Assembly (NCBI GenBank): GCA_045600505.1
Contig: JAZRYA010000018.1
Location: 47-64,046, forward strand
From: Bacteroidaceae bacterium
Lineage (GTDB): Bacteria > Bacteroidota > Bacteroidia > Bacteroidales > Bacteroidaceae
Direction of reading: 5' to 3'
Length of the DNA stretch: 64,000 nt
Of this stretch, positions 38,378 through 45,770 are shown piece by piece. The notes under the pieces were generated by a model that worked only from the letters and a program-made list of their open reading frames with translations, was not told the DNA's origin and did no database searches. Numbering within the stretch: position 1 is the stretch's first letter; each line of letters opens with the position of its first letter. Position numbers and translations under genes: made by a program.

Positions 38378-41300
38378 TTAGAAACCAAGGTTTACACTGC
38401 AGGTGAATGACTTAGAGCGAGGAGTCTTGCTGCTATCCACTGCTACTGAGTAGCCACCGATACTAACCTCGGGGTCAACTCCGGTGTACTTTGTCCAGCA
38501 GAAGAGGTTGTTGATGGTAGCAGACAGGTTCAGGCTGCGGATACCATACTTCTTCAGCTTCTTAGCATCGAAGTTGTACTTCATCTGGATGTACTGCAGA
38601 CGCAGGTAGTTACCATTCTCTACGTAACGGTCAGAGGGCAGTGAGTTGTAGCTCTGATAACCGTTGACAGAGGTCAGGGCGCGAGGTATGACGGTCTCGT
38701 CACCATTCTTACGCCAACGCCATGTGGTGGCGAAGCTCTGGTTGGTGTTGTTGGTCATAGACTCGTACTCACCACGTGCACGGTTGATGATCTGGTTACC
38801 CATACGGTAGTTGAATGAGGCATTGATCTCAAACTTGTCGTAGTACAGGTTTATACCGAAACCTCCATAGCACTTGGGGTTAGAGTTACCCAGGTATACT
38901 ATATCGTAACGGTCGATAGAACCGTCGTGGTTGATATCCTCGTAGATAGCGTCACCACCCTGGAACTGATGGCGGCTACCCTCGCTGTAGCAGTAGTACA
39001 GGGGCAGGGGGTTACCCTTAGCATCAGTCAGCATGTTGCCGTCCTTGTCAAATGCGATAGGACAAGTGGTGTTCTCGTTACCGGGACGACGGCTTGCAGC
39101 AGCAGCAGTGTTGATGGGGTTGTGCTGTGCATCGTAACCGGTACCGTGCAGGCGTGCATAGTCAGCATCGGTACAGAGGTTGCCGTTCTCGTCTACCTCG
39201 GCGTAACCATAGCTCTTGAATGAAGCTGCGGTGTATCCGTTGTGGTCGTAGTCGTAGCGGAATACGCCCTTGTACTTCAGACCATAGATAGAACCCAGTG
39301 CGTTGCCTACCTGTACGCGCTTGTTGTAATCCAGGTTGGTGGGGTTCCAGGTCTCTGAACCGTTCAGGTTCTCCAGGATCAGAGGATTCATCTCCTCTAC
39401 CTCGTTGAAGTTCTGAGATACGTTGGCACGCAGCTTCATAGCAAACTTACCAACCTTGGCAAACTTAGCGGTAGAAGCGTTCAACTCCCAACCCTTGTTG
39501 CGCATGGTACCAGCGTTGACCCAAGGCAGAGTGTTGAAACCGTTGGCACTAGAGATACGCAGGCCGCTCATAAGCAGGTCGGTGGTCTTCTTGTTGTAGA
39601 CCTCAAACTGCATGGTGATCAGGTCGTTGAGCAGACCCAAATCCCAACCCAGATTCCACTGAGTGGTCTTCTCCCACTTCAGCTTGGTCAGTGACAGGTT
39701 ATCGGGAGTAACTACAGAGTGACCATTGTAGTAACCGTTTGAAGAGTACTTGTTGTACTGGTTACCGCTTGCACCACCAGTGTTACCGGTGATACCCCAA
39801 GTGGGACGGAATGACAGCATGCTCAGCACCTTCTTGGTCTTCTCCATGAAGTTCTCGTCGATGATGTTCCAACGAGCACCGATTGAGGGGAAGGTACCAT
39901 ACTTGTAACCACGACCGAATGCGGTGCTACCGTCGGTACGTACGCTCAAGTCTACTGAGTACTTACTCTTATAAGAATAGTGCAACTGCTCGAAGAAGCT
40001 GTGACCACGCCACTCGTTGTTACCAGCGCTAGCGCCGCTCAGCAGAGCAACTACAGTAGGATCGGTGATACCATCGGGTACGTTCCAGAGAGCCAGGTTC
40101 TGGCTAGAGCTGCTACCGGTCTCCATCTCGAAACGTGCCAGACCGCTCAGGTTGTGGTCAGTGTTCTTGAAGTGTGAGTAGTAGCGGATGTCGTGACGAG
40201 TGGTGAAGCCCATAGACTTGTACTCGTTGTTGCTAACGGCGTTACGCTCGTTGTTACCAATAGCGGCTGCGTTGTCACCACCATAGATCCAGGGCATAGT
40301 CTTCAACTCGCTGGGGCAGTACTTGTCATCACTGGTGTTGTAGATGTTCAACTGTACGTCACCCACGTAGTTCAACTGATGCTTGTCGTCCTCGGTACCC
40401 CACAGCTTGTACTCGATACTGAACTGAGGAGTCAGGTTGTACTGAGTCTGCTTCCACCATGCCTTCATAGCACGTGCAACGGGGTTACCGTTGGCAAACA
40501 TGTCGCGCAACTCATAAGAGGTCTTGGTACCATCGTTGTCAACACGGTCGGTGCTTGAGTTTGACAGGCTTGCTGCCAGAGGCAACATGTTGAAGTAGTT
40601 ACCAGTCAAGTTACCCATGGCGTCGTACTCATAGATGCTCATGTTGGGCATGGCAGTGTAGGCACGAGCCAGGATGTCGTTACCATAGTTCTTATGGTTG
40701 GTGGTAAAGGTCATGTTGATGTTAGAGCTGAACTTGATACGGTCACTTACCCAGTAGTCCAGAGCGGTGCTCTCGGTGAACTGATCGAGCTTCTGGCCGA
40801 TGATAGAACCAGTACTCTTGTTGTAACCGGCACTGATACGGAAGGTTGCCTTCTCACCACCACCCGACAGGTTGATGTTGTAACGATGCTCCTTACCGAA
40901 CTGCTTCACTGCACCCACCCAATCGGTGTTGTGAGAGAAGTGGTTGTAGATGTAGGGCTGCTCAGTGTTGTAGTCCAACTCAGAGATTGCGGTAGCAGTC
41001 TGGGTGGGGTTGAAGTAAGCCTCCTTCAGCATCATGGTGTATCCGTCACCATTCAGCATCTTGTAGCCATCGGGCTGCCAAGTACCGTTGAACTTGTAGC
41101 TGAAGTTGACCTGGGTCTTACCACGGTGACCACGGCGCAACTTGATTTCGATAACACCATTAGAACCCTTAACACCCCACTTGGCTGCAGATGCTGCATC
41201 CTTCAGTACGGTGATGCTCTCGATATCCTCGGTGTTTACGTTCAGCAGAGTAGAGAACTGCTCCTCGTTATCCATGTCCTCGAAGTTCACGGTCTGTGCA

Positions 41301-41902
41301 TCATCGGGGAGCTCAAAGATGTGGTCGTTTACTACGATCAGGGGCTGTGCGTTACCATTAATAGTAGTAGTACCGCGCAGGCGCATGGTAGTACCCGAAC
41401 CCAGGTTACCAGAGTTGGCTACGATATCCAGACCGGCAATCTGTCCCTGCAGTGCCTGGTCAACTGACTCGAAAGCCAGACCCTCCATGGCATCCATGCT
41501 GAACTTCTGTACAGCACCGGCATACTCACGCTCGGGAATCTCCAGACCTGTGGTGGGAGCCTTCTTCTTTCCAGTGAACACAACCTCCTTCAGAGTCTTC
41601 TCACCACCCATGGTGATCTTGTAGACCTTCTGGTTCAGAGGCAGGATCTTATCGGCAAAACCGATATACTTGAACTTAATCTTGTTCTTGGTGCTCTTGA
41701 TGGTCATGGTAAAGTTACCATTAGCATCAGTCACGGCCGAACTTACAATACGGTTAGTTGCATCAATCTCAGTTACTGATACACCGGCCAGGACGTCGAA
41801 TTCGTCCGAAACGGTACCAGAGACGCGAGATGTCTGTGCGCTTGCAGGAATCGCCACTGCGGCAATTATCCAAAGCAGTAGAATCTTGATATATTTGTTC
41901 AT
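38378..41902 (-). CDS. SusC/RagA-family TonB-linked outer-membrane transporter (pair 2)
   Basis: Signal peptide, a CarboxypepD_reg-like domain (VSGTVSDEFDVLAGVSVTEID...ANGNFTM), a plug (IESITVLKDAASAAKWGVKGSNGVIEIKLRRG), and a terminal aromatic residue (…NLGF). Confidence 0.9.
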   Translation of the reverse strand: MNKYIKILLLWIIAAVAIPASAQTSRVSGTVSDEFDVLAGVSVTEIDATNRIVSSAVTDANGNFTMTIKSTKNKIKFKYIGFADKILPLNQKVYKITMGGEKTLKEVVFTGKKKAPTTGLEIPEREYAGAVQKFSMDAMEGLAFESVDQALQGQIAGLDIVANSGNLGSGTTMRLRGTTTINGNAQPLIVVNDHIFELPDDAQTVNFEDMDNEEQFSTLLNVNTEDIESITVLKDAASAAKWGVKGSNGVIEIKLRRGHRGKTQVNFSYKFNGTWQPDGYKMLNGDGYTMMLKEAYFNPTQTATAISELDYNTEQPYIYNHFSHNTDWVGAVKQFGKEHRYNINLSGGGEKATFRISAGYNKSTGSIIGQKLDQFTESTALDYWVSDRIKFSSNINMTFTTNHKNYGNDILARAYTAMPNMSIYEYDAMGNLTGNYFNMLPLAASLSNSSTDRVDNDGTKTSYELRDMFANGNPVARAMKAWWKQTQYNLTPQFSIEYKLWGTEDDKHQLNYVGDVQLNIYNTSDDKYCPSELKTMPWIYGGDNAAAIGNNERNAVSNNEYKSMGFTTRHDIRYYSHFKNTDHNLSGLARFEMETGSSSSQNLALWNVPDGITDPTVVALLSGASAGNNEWRGHSFFEQLHYSYKSKYSVDLSVRTDGSTAFGRGYKYGTFPSIGARWNIIDENFMEKTKKVLSMLSFRPTWGITGNTGGASGNQYNKYSSNGYYNGHSVVTPDNLSLTKLKWEKTTQWNLGWDLGLLNDLITMQFEVYNKKTTDLLMSGLRISSANGFNTLPWVNAGTMRNKGWELNASTAKFAKVGKFAMKLRANVSQNFNEVEEMNPLILENLNGSETWNPTNLDYNKRVQVGNALGSIYGLKYKGVFRYDYDHNGYTAASFKSYGYAEVDENGNLCTDADYARLHGTGYDAQHNPINTAAAASRRPGNENTTCPIAFDKDGNMLTDAKGNPLPLYYCYSEGSRHQFQGGDAIYEDINHDGSIDRYDIVYLGNSNPKCYGGFGINLYYDKFEINASFNYRMGNQIINRARGEYESMTNNTNQSFATTWRWRKNGDETVIPRALTSVNGYQSYNSLPSDRYVENGNYLRLQYIQMKYNFDAKKLKKYGIRSLNLSATINNLFCWTKYTGVDPEVSIGGYSVAVDSSKTPRSKSFTCSVNLGF

Positions 41903-41913
41903 GGCGATATTAT

Positions 41914-44883
41914 TTAGCGGATTGCAAATCTCTTGAGGTAACTCTTACAGTTGCTCTCGGTTGCCCATGCGCCGTCGTAGCGACCGTTGGTCAACTCAGT
42001 GTGGTTGAGCACGCCAGGAATCTGGTGGATGACAGCGAAGCTTGATCCATCGATGGTGATACCATTCATGGTGCTCTTACCGGTAGGACTAGCCGAGCAA
42101 CTTACGTCACGAGCCAGGATGTTGTAGCGGCCCTCTACGGTGTTCCACTTACCATCGTTGGCATCCTGAACCATCAGCTGCTTGCCCTCACGCTTGATGT
42201 TGAGCTTGCAGAACAGACCCTTTACGTTATCGTAGCTGGCGGTCACGTACTCGGTGCTAGCGAAGTTGCTGTTGTCAACAAATACGCTGTTGTCGGCGAA
42301 GTGGTAACGTATAAAATTAATAAGGTATGTGATCTTGGTCTGGAGACGCAGGCTATCTGCGGTGGTCAGAACGTAGATGCTATCCTCACCCTCCTCGTTG
42401 GGCTGCTTCAGATTCTCGTAGTCAGCCACGATGTCGTCCCAAGTGGGAAGACCCTGAGCAACGGCTGCATCGACTGCGTCGTTGGTGGGAACGAAGATAG
42501 AGTAGTTAAAGTTGTTGAAGAACTGAACGTTGTAGTCAGGACCCTTGTCGTTGATGAAGATCTGATACTTCTTCATCTCGGCGGCCTGCTGCTTCTGGGT
42601 GAGGTGAGTCTCATCTACCAGTCCGCATGCGCGTACAATTTCTTCATTTATCTCGCATAGGTCATAGAAGCGACCGTAGAGAGGACTGTCGAAGTTGCCA
42701 CCATCGGTCAGCACGTTGTAGACGCTCTTGCTGGCGGGGATGATGGGGCTGTCCAGAATGTAGGTGGTACCGTTGCTCAGGTCCTGCTCGTCAGTAACCT
42801 GGTTGATGCTGACACCCTTGTCAACACCGGCAATACCTGCCTCCTCGTTCTCGAGCTGGAAACCACCCTGAACCTTTACGATGTGACCGTTCTCACGGGT
42901 AACCTTTACGGCTGAACCGTTCTTGGTCAGATAGTACTGGTCAATGTCGCTGTTCAGCTCCTCCTTGCCGTCCAATACCAGAGTGTGAGACTCCAGAATG
43001 TCCTTCAGACGGTTGGTAACCTCGTTGTTGGTCATCTTCTCCAGGTTGTACTGCTTGCCAATCTCACCATTAGCCTGGTCGTAAGCCCAGATGGTGTACT
43101 TGATGGGGAACTGCTTAGTAGTCCAGTCGAAGGCAAACTTCAGAGAACGGGGCTTCTGGCTGGTGAAGCTGACGGGGTCGTAGTAGTACTGCAATGCCTC
43201 GTCGCTAGGCAAGAACAGTACGAAGCGGCTCTGCATAGCCTTCAGGTAAGCATAGTAGTTCAAACCCATGTAGTCAGAGCTACCACCGAAGATGCCGCTA
43301 CCATTATATATAGCGAACTTCATCACGGCATTCAGGGTCTCACCGATGAATGCGGGTGCTGCTACTGAGGTGTAGTCGGCAGGACCGTAAACCTTGTCGG
43401 TGATGTAGATGATACCGTTGTTGGCCAGCTCGGTGCCCACGATGTGGTCGCGATCCTCAGCATAGAAGATCTGCTCCTGAGCATCGTCACGCAGTTTCAT
43501 CATCTTGCTGGGAACAGAAGCGATGAAACTCTTGAACATGATGATGTTGATCAGAGACTGCAGGGTACTCATGGGAATCTGGTCGATCTGGTGATACAGC
43601 TCATCCAGGTTGGTGGGACGGGTGTAAGCAATCTCGTCCTCCATGCCCACTCTCAGGTAGTAGGTCTGGATCAGCTGCCAACCACCACCACCCTCGGTGA
43701 AGTAAGCCCACAGAGCATCGTCGTTGGGAACGAACATAGATGCCATGTCGAACTGGGGACCTTGCTTTTCGTCATAGAAACCGTTCCATCCTGGATCGAA
43801 CTTCAGCTTACCGATAGAAGCGGGGAACTTGTTGCCCTGAGGATCGATGTTCAGTTCCTGATGGCCCCAAGACAGCTGAGAGATGTAGCGCTTGCTGAAG
43901 ATAGAGTCGGTCCAAGTGATACCCTTAGCCTGCATGACGTTCTTGTAAGCCTCGGTTACTCCATTGTTGAAGTAAGGAGCACTCCAGCGGTCCAGCATGT
44001 GGCTGAAGATGTTGGTCTTGCCATTGGTGCGGATAACCTCGGCCATGTTGGCCAGGGGGTGAAGCACCTTCTCGGTTACGTTGACATAACCATTCTGGCA
44101 GACAGCATCCTTCTCCTTCAGCAGAGCGTCGTAGATGTGAACGTCGCTGGTTACGCGCTCACGACCCATGAAGACTGCGAAGTCGGGATCGGTGATGTTG
44201 TTCTTGGTCATGTGCTCACTGGTGAAGTGAAGCATCATAGAAGGAGATGAGTCGTTGACAAGGTAGATACCCTTGCCATCGTTCTCTGCACGGAAGCGAT
44301 GCCAGTAGTCGGCCTCGTCGTTGCGTACATTGAAGTTGACGGGTAGAGATTCTCCATCGACGAAGGTGATAGAGTCGGTCACCTCCACGTCGGTGTAGCG
44401 GCGCATGTACTCACCACGGACTACACTGCTACCCTCGCTGCTGGCGAGGTTCTCCATTACGATAGAGTTGTTGAGCATACTGGTGTGGATCAACAGCTTC
44501 TTCTGTGATACACTCAGATTCTCATAACTAGTGGCTGTGTGCCAAGGGTTAGACTCGGGGAGAGCGGCGTTTGCCTTGAAAAACTCTTCCCATGCCTGGT
44601 CGTCGGCTACAAACACGGTCTTGGAACCAGTGCGTGACAGCACCTCGGTCAAAGGACGTGCGTTGGTAGGATTGACATCAGCGTCACCCAACAGGCGGAG
44701 GTAATTCTTGAAATTACCCTTCTCCTGCAAGCTTTCGTAGATGCTTGAATTCAACCAACTCGGAGTCTCATCATCGTAGAAGTACTCGTCCTTACATGAG
44801 GATGTCACACCGCAGGCTGCCAGCAGAACAAGCATCCACGATGCCTTTCTACCCATTTTTCCTAAACGGTTTCTCATACACAT
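41914..44883 (-). CDS. Large fasciclin (FAS1) multi-domain surface lipoprotein; first gene of the locus
   Basis: Lipobox VTSSCKDEY. FAS1-like segments KTVFVADDQAWEEF, SIFVPTNDAVDAA and FLPSDEALQYY. The start could be the ATG at 44883 or an in-frame Met a few codons downstream. Confidence 0.75.
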   Translation of the reverse strand: MCMRNRLGKMGRKASWMLVLLAACGVTSSCKDEYFYDDETPSWLNSSIYESLQEKGNFKNYLRLLGDADVNPTNARPLTEVLSRTGSKTVFVADDQAWEEFFKANAALPESNPWHTATSYENLSVSQKKLLIHTSMLNNSIVMENLASSEGSSVVRGEYMRRYTDVEVTDSITFVDGESLPVNFNVRNDEADYWHRFRAENDGKGIYLVNDSSPSMMLHFTSEHMTKNNITDPDFAVFMGRERVTSDVHIYDALLKEKDAVCQNGYVNVTEKVLHPLANMAEVIRTNGKTNIFSHMLDRWSAPYFNNGVTEAYKNVMQAKGITWTDSIFSKRYISQLSWGHQELNIDPQGNKFPASIGKLKFDPGWNGFYDEKQGPQFDMASMFVPNDDALWAYFTEGGGGWQLIQTYYLRVGMEDEIAYTRPTNLDELYHQIDQIPMSTLQSLINIIMFKSFIASVPSKMMKLRDDAQEQIFYAEDRDHIVGTELANNGIIYITDKVYGPADYTSVAAPAFIGETLNAVMKFAIYNGSGIFGGSSDYMGLNYYAYLKAMQSRFVLFLPSDEALQYYYDPVSFTSQKPRSLKFAFDWTTKQFPIKYTIWAYDQANGEIGKQYNLEKMTNNEVTNRLKDILESHTLVLDGKEELNSDIDQYYLTKNGSAVKVTRENGHIVKVQGGFQLENEEAGIAGVDKGVSINQVTDEQDLSNGTTYILDSPIIPASKSVYNVLTDGGNFDSPLYGRFYDLCEINEEIVRACGLVDETHLTQKQQAAEMKKYQIFINDKGPDYNVQFFNNFNYSIFVPTNDAVDAAVAQGLPTWDDIVADYENLKQPNEEGEDSIYVLTTADSLRLQTKITYLINFIRYHFADNSVFVDNSNFASTEYVTASYDNVKGLFCKLNIKREGKQLMVQDANDGKWNTVEGRYNILARDVSCSASPTGKSTMNGITIDGSSFAVIHQIPGVLNHTELTNGRYDGAWATESNCKSYLKRFAIR

Positions 44884-45012
44884 TGAATTAGGTTTTTGAA
44901 TTATTTAATTATTTGTTTTTGACTCAAATGTGCCCTTTTATTTGGGCGTCGTGCGGCACGTTGTGCGCTCACGCGTGAGGCGTTTCCATGACGTTTTTCA
45001 CGATATATTAGG

Positions 45013-45020
45013 CAAATTTA
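45013..45020 (-). promoter_or_regulatory. -7 promoter box TAAATTTG upstream of the FAS1/SusCD locus
   Basis: The plus strand reads CAAATTTA, about 130 nt upstream of the ATG at 44883. Confidence 0.4.
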
Positions 45021-45227
45021 ACCAAATTTTATGATTGGAGAAAGTAATGTTAAGTAAAAACTCTATATGTTAACATTGTTTAACAGTTGTCAAGTTAAAC
45101 CATTTGCAGTTTCCTGGCGTAAATTCTTCGTGGAAGTGCCCATTTTTGGTCATTTTTTTGCCCTTTTTTGTGCTATTTTTTAGGTCTGGAATCCTCAAAA
45201 TCGGGGTGAGTTTTTGCTTGATTTTGG

Positions 45228-45343
45228 GGGCAAAAAGAGTACTTGTGATGCCTCGTACGACCGGGTGTATGAGGCAAAAAGAGTACTGTTTTGGGGCCGT
45301 ACACCCGGGTGGACGGGGCCTCACATATACTCTTTTTCTGCCC
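45228..45343. repeat. AGAGTA-word hairpin cluster, second locus
   Basis: GGGCAAAAAGAGTACT (45228-45243), AGGCAAAAAGAGTACTGTTTTGG (45272-45294) and the inverted ATACTCTTTTTCTGCCC (45327-45343). An inner inverted repeat pairs CCGGGTGTA (45261-45269) with TACACCCGG (45300-45308). Confidence 0.8.
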
Positions 45344-45404
45344 TGAGTCCTAGCTTGTTTTTTGTTCCAAAAATGTACGTCGTCGATATGCAGTGATCAT
45401 GAAT

Positions 45405-45665
45405 TTTTGCAAAAACTCTTCACTCTTCATTTTTTGACTTTATATAATTGAATATTAGCAACATACGAGGGTGAAGAGTTGCTCTCCACTCTTCACCACT
45501 CTTCACCCGCCCTTCACTCCTGTTTTTTTGTTTTTGGCAAAGGCGTGAAAAGGTGAAAGGAGGTGAAGACTGGTGAAGAGTTACGACATACTCTTCACCG
45601 TTGTAATGCAATGTAAAACAAAGTGTTATGTAGTTTTGGTGAAGAGTGAAGAGTTGATTGCAAAA
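45405..45665. repeat. GTGAAGAG-word module: 16+8 bp inverted repeats flanking 210 bp with two identical-stem hairpins and an outward-facing -7 box (candidate inverton)
   Basis: Left repeat is TTTTGCAAAAACTCTTCACTCTTCA (45405-45429). The right repeat (45640-45665) has reverse complement TTTTGCAATCAACTCTTCACTCTTCA. Hairpins GGTGAAGAGT-8nt-ACTCTTCACC lie at 45470-45497 and 45572-45599. GGTGAAR runs tandem x4 at 45545-45580. TAGTTTTG lies at 45631-45638. Confidence 0.8.
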
Positions 45666-45687
45666 TTCTCTCGCGCATTCGCGTATG

Positions 45688-45735
45688 CATCAGTATAAAA
45701 TGATTCATCCGGCGAATGACGATGCATTTGCCGGA
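45688..45735 (-). terminator. Terminator-like hairpin downstream of the T9SS glycoside hydrolase gene
   Basis: TTCATCCGGC pairs with GCCGGATGAA around a 16-nt loop. On the minus strand it is followed by TCATTTTATAC, a weak U-tract. Confidence 0.5.
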
Positions 45736-45770
45736 TGAACATTATTGGGTGTATATGCCTTTTCTAGGGC

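Noticed and set aside
44968-44979. The 12-bp perfect palindrome CTCACGCGTGAG as a stand-alone regulatory call.
   Set aside because: It is a single occurrence, has no loop and so is not an RNA hairpin, and contains a common ACGCGT core. It is mentioned in the leader finding but is not supportable as an operator on sequence alone.
45405-45665. Possibility that the short repeated words here, or at 3226-3406 and 63026-63110, form a CRISPR array.
   Set aside because: The repeat units are only 7-10 nt, or degenerate units of about 21 nt. They occur in both orientations without regularly sized unique spacers, and no cas genes are present.
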